From assembly GCA_021737615.1 (NCBI GenBank), contig JAIPDR010000053.1, positions 1-20,125 of the forward strand: a DNA stretch of 20,125 nucleotides. The letters are read 5' to 3'. How positions within the stretch are numbered: the first letter of the stretch is position 1; the number at the start of each line of letters is the position of its first letter. Position numbers and translations under genes: made by a program. Under the pieces are notes generated by a model. The model was not told the DNA's origin. It saw only the letters and a list, made by a program, of their open reading frames with translations, and searched no databases. This DNA is from Desulfohalobiaceae bacterium (GTDB lineage Bacteria > Desulfobacterota > Desulfovibrionia > Desulfovibrionales > Desulfothermaceae). Below are positions 7,342-14,020 of this stretch, piece after piece.

Positions 7342-9454
7342 TCCCTCCTTCTCCCAAAGCCTTTTTGATATCCCGCAACAGATCTTCCCGGCTGGATTGC
7401 TGCTTCTGGATGATATTCTCGATCTTGCTGTTGAGCCAGGCCACTTCTTCCTGGGTCAACTTTTTACCGGAAACAATAATAATCGGGATATGCTTGGTGG
7501 GTTCTTCCTGTTTCAACCTGCCGATGACCTCAAAGCCGTCCACCTCCGGCATCATCAAGTCCAGGATGATCAGATCCGGGGCCTGCTCCGAGACCCTGTC
7601 CAGCCCCTCCTGCCCGCCATAGGCCTTTCTGACCCTGTAGCCGTTGATCTCTTCCAGGTATCTGGACAAGAGCTCCACGGCCCGGGCATCATCGTCCACG
7701 ATCAGGATATCGAAGATAGGCCGCATTTTCTTGAGCCGATCCAGCTCCCGGGTCAACCGGTCCTTGTCGATCGGTTTGACCAGGTATTCCACGGCTCCGA
7801 GGGAGAGGCCCAGCTCCCGGTTGTCCAGGATGGAGATGCAGATAACCGGAATGTTTTCGGTTTCAGGATCGTTTTTGAGTTCTTCCAGGATGTCCCAGCC
7901 ATCCCGGCCGGGCATGACGATATCCAGGGTCACGGCGAAGGGTTTGAATTTCCGGGCCAGCTGCAGGGCCTCCAGACCGTTGTAGGCCTGGATGACTTCA
8001 TAACCTTCGGCCTGGAGGTAGGTTGTAAGGATCTCCTGGGCCTCCAGCTCGTCGTCGATGGTCAGGATCAATTTCCTGGTCTGATCCAGGGTTTCAGGAG
8101 AGACAGCAGGCGGCCTGGCAGCCGGACCGGCCTCCTGGACGGGAATGTTGAAAAAAAAGCAGGAGCCCTGGCCATATTCGCTGTTCACCCCAATGGACCC
8201 GCCCATCATCTCCACCATTTTCTTGCAGATGGCCAGGCCCAGTCCTGTGCCCCCGGGTTTTTCCTTAAGCGGACCGTCGATCTGCTTGAATTCGTCAAAG
8301 ACCTCCTCCAGGTGCTCGGGCCGGATGCCCAGACCGGTGTCGGACACGCTGAAGCGGATCAGGGCCGGGCCGGCCGGTTCCACCCTCAGCTCTATCCGGC
8401 CGGAGCTGGTAAATTTTACGGCGTTGGACAGCATGTTGATCAAGACCTGCTTGATGCGGTTCTTGTCATTGTACAAGCCGGAGGGGACACCATCGGCTAC
8501 ATTCACAAAAAAATTTAAACCCTTATCCTGAACCAGGGGAGAGAACATGCCCTGGACCGTGTCAACAAGGCTTTGGACATCGAATTCAGCAGGCTGGATC
8601 TCGATCTTGCCGGCCTCGATCTTGGACAGGTCCAGGACGTCGTTGATCAGGCCCAAGAGGTGCTGGGCGCTGCCGTAGACCATGTTCAGCTGTTTTTTTT
8701 GTTCCGCATTGAGCTCGCCCGCCAATCCCTCGAGGATGATGCCGCTGAAGCCGATTATGGAGTTCAGGGGCGAGCGCAGTTCGTGGCTCATATTGGCCAT
8801 AAACTGGGACTTGAGCCGGCCGGCCTCTTCCAGGCGCTGGTTGGCCTTTTCCAGCTCCTGTTTCTTTTCCTTGAGTTCCGTGTTGACCCGGGTCAACTCT
8901 TCCTGACCGGCCCGCAGTTCATCCAGGGCCTGCAACAGGTCCTGGTTTTGCTGCTGGACTTCTGCAAACGCGGACCTGGGTCCCCCGGCTGCCAGCCCGG
9001 AGGTGAGGCGCTGGATATCTGCAGGGCCCCAAGGTTCCCGGCCCTCGGGAAGGGCCTTTCCCATGAGCACGCGGGTGCCCTGGCCCGGCCTGGAATCGAT
9101 CTCAAAATGGTCCATGAGCCGCCTGGCCCCGGCAAGGCCGATGCCCAGCCCGCTTTTGGAGGCATAGCCTTGCTTTAAGACGGCCTCCAGATCGGCAATC
9201 CCGGGGCCTTGGTCCTCGAAAGACATGCACAGCATCTGCGGCGAGGCCTCCAGGTCCAACTGGAAATCCAGCTTGCCGTCCCCGGCGTACTGGTAAACAT
9301 TGCGGGCCAGCTCGGACACAGCCGTGGTGATCCGGGTCTGATCCTGGGAGGTAAAGCCGATCAATCCGGCGATCTCCCTGGAGCGCTGCCTGGACAGAAT
9401 CACGTCGTCCTCGAAACGGATCTGAATGCTGAGGATCTTTGTTGGCATCTTCAT
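7319..9454 (-). CDS. Hybrid histidine kinase with N-terminal RsbT-like GHKL domain: RsbT-like - coiled coil - HisKA - HATPase_c - REC - REC
   Basis: ORF 7319..9562. Candidate ATG starts are 9454, 9448, or the repeat-encoded in-frame ATG 9493. The N-terminal domain reads QTRITTAVSELARNVYQYAGDGKL...DQGPGI...SGLGIGLAGARRLMDHFEIDSRPGQGTRV, which resembles RsbT as I recall it from B. subtilis. It is followed by MSHELRSPLNSI (H-box), the HATPase N/G boxes, and two receivers (LDIVMPGRDG and LDLMMPEVDG). Confidence 0.88.
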   Translation of the reverse strand: MKMPTKILSIQIRFEDDVILSRQRSREIAGLIGFTSQDQTRITTAVSELARNVYQYAGDGKLDFQLDLEASPQMLCMSFEDQGPGIADLEAVLKQGYASKSGLGIGLAGARRLMDHFEIDSRPGQGTRVLMGKALPEGREPWGPADIQRLTSGLAAGGPRSAFAEVQQQNQDLLQALDELRAGQEELTRVNTELKEKKQELEKANQRLEEAGRLKSQFMANMSHELRSPLNSIIGFSGIILEGLAGELNAEQKKQLNMVYGSAQHLLGLINDVLDLSKIEAGKIEIQPAEFDVQSLVDTVQGMFSPLVQDKGLNFFVNVADGVPSGLYNDKNRIKQVLINMLSNAVKFTSSGRIELRVEPAGPALIRFSVSDTGLGIRPEHLEEVFDEFKQIDGPLKEKPGGTGLGLAICKKMVEMMGGSIGVNSEYGQGSCFFFNIPVQEAGPAARPPAVSPETLDQTRKLILTIDDELEAQEILTTYLQAEGYEVIQAYNGLEALQLARKFKPFAVTLDIVMPGRDGWDILEELKNDPETENIPVICISILDNRELGLSLGAVEYLVKPIDKDRLTRELDRLKKMRPIFDILIVDDDARAVELLSRYLEEINGYRVRKAYGGQEGLDRVSEQAPDLIILDLMMPEVDGFEVIGRLKQEEPTKHIPIIIVSGKKLTQEEVAWLNSKIENIIQKQQSSREDLLRDIKKALGEGGRRSDSSL
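7361..8850. repeat. Copy 1 of a ~1.5-kb duplicated transmitter module (HisKA-HATPase-REC-REC)
   Basis: Collinear with 15983-17480 at an offset of 8622-8631 nt with a few small indels. Long identical nucleotide runs occur, for example ctcgatcttgccggcctcgatcttggacaggtccaggacgtc. The protein segments are roughly 85% identical by eye. Confidence 0.9.
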
Positions 9455-9691
9455 ATTGCGGATCTTCCGATTTTTGATTTTGGATCTCCACATTTTGGAT
9501 TTTGGATTGCGGAATGCTGATTGCGGATTTTCCGATTTTTCCCGCTTTATGTCGCTTCCCAACTTTAGTCACTTCTTCGCTCTGCAATATTCACTATAGG
9601 CTTTAAGAAAAAGTTTTTGGATTTATGCCAGATAACCAACTCTTATTCTTTGTCTTAACAATCGAAAATCCAAAATCCAAAATCTAAAATT
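9455..9691. repeat. Spacer bracketed by inverted heptamer arrays, with a conserved core
   Basis: Arrays are 9455-9541 and 9659-9691. Positions 9492-9508 (attttggattttggatt) are the exact reverse complement of 9667-9683 (17 bp). Core 9601-9662 is homologous to 5127-5187. The spacer also carries a solo AAGTG-family arm at 9558-9580 (cccaactttagtcacttcttcgc). Confidence 0.9.
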
Positions 9692-9700
9692 CTATAGTCA

Positions 9701-10750
9701 CTATTCAATCACCCGCCCCACCACCACGGTCAGATCATCGTCCCGTTGGTAGTCGCGGTACAGAACGCCGGCGATCAGCGCAGGGTGCCTGGTCACGAGT
9801 CCGGGGTAAGGGTCCAGACTCCAGCCTGTCTTCAAGCCATCGGAATGCATGACCAGCAAGGGAGGGGAGCCGCCTTCTCTCTCCGGCCAGGGAGTGACGT
9901 AGACCCGGCTGAGCTCCTGGCGGCGCCCCACAATTCCATACCGGGAGACCAGGTGCCGGTTCTGGCTTCCGGAGAGGAGGCAGGCGGAGATGTTTCCCAA
10001 CCCGACAAAACGGACTTCCCGCTTCTGCCTGTCCATTTCCGCAACTGCAGCGGCCGCTCCCCGGGTGCCCCGCAGCCCTGCCTGCATACGCTGCATCATG
10101 TCCTGCAGGTCCAGGCCCGGGTTGGCCTGAAAAATTCGTCTGAGCTCCAGAGAGGCCTCGGCCGCTCCAGGACCATGCCCCAGTCCGTCCGCCACCAAAA
10201 CGGCCCAGCCGTTGGGGCGAGGCTGGAGGGCCCAGTTGTCCCCGCAGACGCTCTGGCCCGGCTTGGGCAGGCAGATCCCGGCCACCTCGAACCCGGGGGC
10301 TGAAGGCTTGGCCAGACCGCCTTTCGGCCGGAGGCAGGCCATGAGCACGGTCCCCTGGTCCGGGAGGGAATGGATATCAAACTGGGAACTCAAACGGCGC
10401 ATGGCCCCGAGACCGGTTCCCGGGCTGCCTGTGCTGGAAAAGCCGTCCTGGAGACATTGTCCCACATTCTGCATCCCCGGTCCCTTGTCAATAGCCACGA
10501 TCCGCAGGCCGGACATTTGGCCCAGCTGGACCGTATCCAGGAGCAGCTCCCCGGACCGGGCGTGTTTGAGCAGGTTGGTCCCGGCCTCGGTGACCACGAT
10601 GGCTGTTTTGCCGGTTTGATCCTCACTGAAGCCCAGCTTGCGGGCCAGGTTCACGGCCTTCCGCCGCACTTCGGCGATCCGGCTTTGCTCGGTAACGGAA
10701 AAGGCCAGGCTGCAGCCCGGGCTTTCCTGAGGTATTGAATATGGTCTCAT
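9701..10750 (-). CDS. Fusion of GHKL Ser-kinase-like domain (HATPase_c_2, RsbW/RsbT-like) and PP2C/SpoIIE phosphatase (RsbX/RsbU role)
   Basis: ORF 9701..10804. I place the start at ATG 10750 (MRPYSIPQE), which forms an ATGA overlap with the rsbT stop (10747-10749). Kinase-like motifs are VTEAGTNLLKHA, DKGPGM and GSPGTGLGAMRR. PP2C motifs are VCGDNW, VADGLGHGPGAA, MHSDGL and DDDLTVVV. Confidence 0.85.
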   Translation of the reverse strand: MRPYSIPQESPGCSLAFSVTEQSRIAEVRRKAVNLARKLGFSEDQTGKTAIVVTEAGTNLLKHARSGELLLDTVQLGQMSGLRIVAIDKGPGMQNVGQCLQDGFSSTGSPGTGLGAMRRLSSQFDIHSLPDQGTVLMACLRPKGGLAKPSAPGFEVAGICLPKPGQSVCGDNWALQPRPNGWAVLVADGLGHGPGAAEASLELRRIFQANPGLDLQDMMQRMQAGLRGTRGAAAAVAEMDRQKREVRFVGLGNISACLLSGSQNRHLVSRYGIVGRRQELSRVYVTPWPEREGGSPPLLVMHSDGLKTGWSLDPYPGLVTRHPALIAGVLYRDYQRDDDLTVVVGRVIE

Positions 10751-11157
10751 TTCCACATGATCATGCATACCCGGGTCCCTTGTCCTGCTTGGGATTCTAT
10801 CCAAAATTCATCCACCAGCCTTTTGCTGCCGGGCAGGCCCAGACCCAGGCCCTTGTTCGTGCTGTACCCTTTTTGCATGGCCAGCTGCACATCCTTCAGA
10901 CCCGGCCCTGTATCCGTAAATATCAGGCGCAGACCGAAACGGACTGCATTGTCCACGGCCTCCAGGAGCGCCTTCCCCTCCCGGCCGTATCGAGCCGTAT
11001 TGCGGGCGATCTCACTGGCCGCCGTGACCAGCTTGGTCTGCAGGATCAACGAAAACCCGAACTCCTTTGCCCATTCGCGGACGACCCGCCTGACCCGGGC
11101 CACATCCTGATCAGTGCGGACCGGCAAGGTTTCATGCTTCCGTACGGTCAGGGACAC
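10747..11157 (-). CDS. rsbT: RsbT-like serine kinase / switch protein
   Basis: This lies in ORF 10747..11313. The likely start is GTG 11157 (GGAGAAGG just upstream), overlapping the rsbS 3' end by 26 nt. The ~136-aa sequence includes ...AASEIARNTARYG...DTGPGL...KGLGLGLPGSKRLVDEFWIESQAGQGTRV, a single GHKL domain of RsbT size. The start codon is uncertain. Confidence 0.8.
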   Translation of the reverse strand: MSLTVRKHETLPVRTDQDVARVRRVVREWAKEFGFSLILQTKLVTAASEIARNTARYGREGKALLEAVDNAVRFGLRLIFTDTGPGLKDVQLAMQKGYSTNKGLGLGLPGSKRLVDEFWIESQAGQGTRVCMIMWK

Positions 11158-11533
11158 GGCCCTTCTCCCGGGAAGACGATCCCAGCCTCTTGGCAAGCAG
11201 GGCCATGCCTTTGTCCACATCCAGGGCGGTCCGGATGCCTTTGATGGCCAGGCCCAGCTCGACAATGGTGATGGCCACCTCCGGCTGCATACCCACCAGG
11301 ACCGTTTCCGCATCCAGAAGGCCGGCCGTGGCCGCCATGTCTCCCAGGGTGCGGCCCATGAAGGAATCGATCATCTGCAGGGCTGAGATGTCGATCAATA
11401 CCCCCCTGGCCCCGGTTTTTTGAATCTGCTCGGCCAGGTCATCCCGCAGGGCCAGGGCCAAGCGGTCGTGCAAGTCCACTTGAATGATCACCAAAAGAAA
11501 ATTCCCCCACTTGAGGATCGGAATCCGTTCCAT
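11132..11533 (-). CDS. rsbS: RsbS-like single-STAS stressosome scaffold protein
   Basis: This lies in ORF 11132..11626. The start is ATG 11533 (MERIPILKWGNFLLVIIQ), since upstream codons are heptamer repeat. It is a STAS fold with DISALQMIDSFMGRTL, where the Ser sits at the expected phospho-acceptor position. Confidence 0.85.
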   Translation of the reverse strand: MERIPILKWGNFLLVIIQVDLHDRLALALRDDLAEQIQKTGARGVLIDISALQMIDSFMGRTLGDMAATAGLLDAETVLVGMQPEVAITIVELGLAIKGIRTALDVDKGMALLAKRLGSSSREKGRVPDRTEA

Positions 11534-11579
11534 GCTAGCGCCTTTCAGAAGAGGTTTTGATTGACTATTGATTATTTCA

Positions 11580-11650
11580 GCAATCGACAATCCAACATGT
11601 GAAGATCCAAAATCTCCAATCCGCAATCCAAAATCCGCAATCCAAAATCC
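11580..11650. repeat. Unpaired 71-bp heptamer array filling most of the rsbR-rsbS spacer
   Basis: gcaatcgacaatccaacatgtgaagatccaaaatctccaatccgcaatccaaaatccgcaatccaaaatcc starts directly after the rsbR stop codon (11651-11653). I found no complementary array before the rsbS start. Confidence 0.9.
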
Positions 11651-12520
11651 CTAGAATCTGCCCGGCTCCCCCTTGACCACATAACCGCTGCGTTCCAAGG
11701 CCAGGGCAAGCGCATCCGCCAGGGTGGCCTTGGTGGGAATTCCCCCCAGCTCCAGGCCCATGTCCACCATGGACTGGGCGATCATCGGCCGGATCCCGCT
11801 GATGATGCACTCGGCGCCCATGAGACCGGCCGCGGATACGGTCTTGATCAGATGCTGGGCCACCAGGGTGTCCACGGTGGGCACGCCGGTGATATCCATA
11901 ATGGCGATGGTGGATTTGGTTTCCACAATCATCTGCAAAAGGTTTTCCATGACCGTCTGGGTGCGGGCGCTGTCCAGGGTCCCGATCAGGGGGACCGCCA
12001 GGACCCCGTGCCAGAGCTGGACCACAGGCGTGGACAGCTCCATGATCTCCTCCTGCTGGCGCCGGATGACCTGTTCCCGGTGCTGAATAGAAGCTTCGGT
12101 GGTATACAGGCCCAGCTTGTCCAGCAGCCGGGTCGCGGTCCAGATTTCCTGCACCAGTTCCTCTGGATTCTCGGCCAGAAGGCTCTGGAGGAGGTACATC
12201 AGGGGCTGTTTAAAGGAAAAGATACAGGTGGCCACCTCCGAGGGGGTAAAGCCTTTTTCCCCCCGGGTGCGGGAGATCCTGGACAGCATGTCCCTGACTT
12301 CTTTCCAGGCTTCAGCGCTTGTATCAACGACTCCGCCCGCCTGCAGGGCCGAGCGGAAAAGACTGATAAATTCAGCAGCTTCTTCCCGCAGTGCGGTTTC
12401 ATCAATCAAATCCGGCCGCAAGACGCCGGAACTCAATTGTTCCCGGATCCAGTCCTTCAACAGCTCCTGTTCATACTTTTCAAGTATCTCCGGCAGGCGC
12501 GTTGTCTCTTGATCATTCAT
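11651..12520 (-). CDS. rsbR: RsbR-like stressosome sensor (N-terminal helical sensory domain + C-terminal STAS)
   Basis: 289-aa ORF. ATG 12520 has AGGAGG 7 nt upstream. The C-terminal STAS reads STPVVQLWHGVLAVPLIGTLDSARTQ...IMDITGVPTVDTLVAQHL, with Thr at the RsbR phospho-site position. The N-terminal ~150 aa resemble RsbR-type sensory domains (ILEKYEQELLKDWIREQL). Confidence 0.88.
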   Translation of the reverse strand: MNDQETTRLPEILEKYEQELLKDWIREQLSSGVLRPDLIDETALREEAAEFISLFRSALQAGGVVDTSAEAWKEVRDMLSRISRTRGEKGFTPSEVATCIFSFKQPLMYLLQSLLAENPEELVQEIWTATRLLDKLGLYTTEASIQHREQVIRRQQEEIMELSTPVVQLWHGVLAVPLIGTLDSARTQTVMENLLQMIVETKSTIAIMDITGVPTVDTLVAQHLIKTVSAAGLMGAECIISGIRPMIAQSMVDMGLELGGIPTKATLADALALALERSGYVVKGEPGRF

Positions 12521-12551
12521 CCTGAAACCTCCTGTTTTGAATTGAATATGG

Positions 12552-12592
12552 GGAAGAAGTGCCTAAAGTTTGAAAAAGTACCTGAAGGAATT
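12552..12592. repeat. Arm of the AAGTGCCTAAAGT family in the rsbR leader
   Basis: ggaagaagtgcctaaagtttgaaaaagtacctgaaggaatt contains two sub-repeats (aagtgcctaaagt and aagtacctgaagg). It may pair with the arm at 12846-12880 across a 250-bp insert. Confidence 0.75.
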
Positions 12593-12845
12593 GGCTATCG
12601 AATAAATCCACAAGTCACTCTCTCCGATCTGTAGGCTCTACGAGTAGGAAGCCGTCCATTAAGCCTTACTCTCTGACCCGTAGACTCCCGGGTCTACCCT
12701 CCAGCCTGTAAACCCTACGGGCTGTAAGCGGAACCGGGAGCCCTGTCTAAGCCAAGATTTTCTATATATTCCATCTCCGTTGCATACATTTTGATCTTTT
12801 GTCAAACTCAGGTCGTCCTCCGTCGATATCTTGAAAATCGAAAAT

Positions 12846-12880
12846 CCTATAGTTCACTTATCGACTTGAGGCGCTTCTTC
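12846..12880. repeat. Arm of the AAGTGCCTAAAGT family overlapping the 3' end of the SBP/4-Cys sensor gene
   Basis: Positions 12854-12880 (tcacttatcgacttgaggcgcttcttc) differ at only 3 of 27 positions from 1819-1845. The arm encodes EEAPQVDK plus the stop codon. Confidence 0.85.
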
Positions 12881-14020
12881 AAATTCAGAGTAGAGCAGGG
12901 CCTCGCAATCCGGGCAGATGCCGTGGGAAAATGTAGCTTCTGAGTGTTTCTTGATGAAGAATTCGATCTGGTTCCAGTAGCCCTGGTCGTCCCGGATCTT
13001 TTTGCAGTTGGCGCAGATTGGGATGAGCCCTTTCAAGGTCTTGACTTGGACCAGGGCTTCCTGGAGCCGGTTCCGCTCATTGAGAAGCGCAGTCTCAGCC
13101 GCAGTTTTCCGGGCGATTTCCTCCTCCAGGGTCGTATTACGTTCCTTCAATTCTCTGGTTTTGGATCTGACCTGCTGTTTCAAGACCAGGCTGAAGAGAG
13201 CAAACAGACAGCCCAGGCCGACTGCCGCGGCCAATCCGAAAAGCAAAGCCCTGGGCACCTCCCGTTCCACCCGCATGTCGAACCAGTGCTCCAGGGTCTG
13301 GTTGTAGAAGGAATTCCGGTCCTGCTTCAGGACGGAAAGCTGTTGATCAATAGCGGCCGCCAGGTCCTGGTTATGCCCTTTGGGAAAGGCGAATCTGAGT
13401 TCCACCGGGGCCAGGACGATGGGCGTCCGCCTGACCTCGTATTTGTCCTCCTCGGCCAGGCCGTAGAGCCTGCTGATGATCCCGGCCTCCGCCGCTCCCC
13501 GGTCCAGGGCTTGAAAGACTTCTTTGTAACCGCTGCAGAGCACATACTCGCAGGCAATGTTGAACTGCTTGAAGCGTTCAAAGGAGATACCCCCTTGCAT
13601 GACCGCGACTCTTTTGCCCTGAAGCTGCTCGACGTTTTCAATGTCCAATCCTGCGCGGCTGTAAATCCTAGCCCAGTTGGAGAGCACGGTCTCCCGGTTG
13701 AAGTCATACATTTCGGCCCGGTCCCGGCTATAGGCCACATCCACCATGATATCCAGCTTGCCGGCCCGCAGCCGGTCCAGGCACTGCTGCCAGGTCCCGG
13801 GCACATAGTCCAGGTCCCAGCCTTCCTGCCTCGCGATATCCCCCAGAAGATCCACCCAGATTCCGGCGGGCCTGCCGGCCTCATCCAGGTAGACCTTGGG
13901 CTTGTTCTGATAGATGCCCACCCGGACCGTCTCGGCAGCAGACCCTGAAGCCGGGAGCCAGAACAGGAGCAACAGGGCGATGAGCAGCCGTATGAAATTT
14001 TGGATTTTGGATCTCCACAT
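12854..14020 (-). CDS. Membrane sensor: signal peptide - periplasmic SBP_bac_3 (Venus-flytrap) domain - TM - coiled coil - short 4-Cys C-terminal domain
   Basis: ORF 12854..14101 has a TTG as first codon. The likely start is ATG 14020 (MWRSKIQNFIRLLIALLLLFWLPASGSAA, signal-peptide-like). The SBP domain begins VRVGIYQNKPKVYLDEAG...DIMVDVAYSRDRAEMYDF. The TM segment is ALLFGLAAAVGLGCLFALFSLVL. The C-terminus is ICANCKKIRDDQGYWNQIEFFIKKHSEATFSHGICPDCEALLY. Confidence 0.85.
   Translation of the reverse strand: MWRSKIQNFIRLLIALLLLFWLPASGSAAETVRVGIYQNKPKVYLDEAGRPAGIWVDLLGDIARQEGWDLDYVPGTWQQCLDRLRAGKLDIMVDVAYSRDRAEMYDFNRETVLSNWARIYSRAGLDIENVEQLQGKRVAVMQGGISFERFKQFNIACEYVLCSGYKEVFQALDRGAAEAGIISRLYGLAEEDKYEVRRTPIVLAPVELRFAFPKGHNQDLAAAIDQQLSVLKQDRNSFYNQTLEHWFDMRVEREVPRALLFGLAAAVGLGCLFALFSLVLKQQVRSKTRELKERNTTLEEEIARKTAAETALLNERNRLQEALVQVKTLKGLIPICANCKKIRDDQGYWNQIEFFIKKHSEATFSHGICPDCEALLYSEFEEAPQVDK
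13090..13965. repeat. Copy 1 of a ~0.88-kb duplicated sensor module (SBP domain + TM + start of coiled coil)
   Basis: Collinear with 17542-18417 at an offset of 4452 nt. Identical runs of 40-60 nt occur, for example gccaggccgtagagcctgctgatgatcccggcctccgccgctcccc. The protein segments are roughly 85-90% identical by eye. Confidence 0.9.

Noticed and set aside
12521-12853. Sigma-54 or strong sigma-70 promoter for the stressosome operon
   Set aside because: There is no TGGCAC-N5-TTGC-like sequence on the minus strand. A perfect TTGACA (minus strand, ~12806-12801) has no acceptable -10 hexamer at 16-19 nt, and a TATATA box lacks a -35. I left this unannotated.
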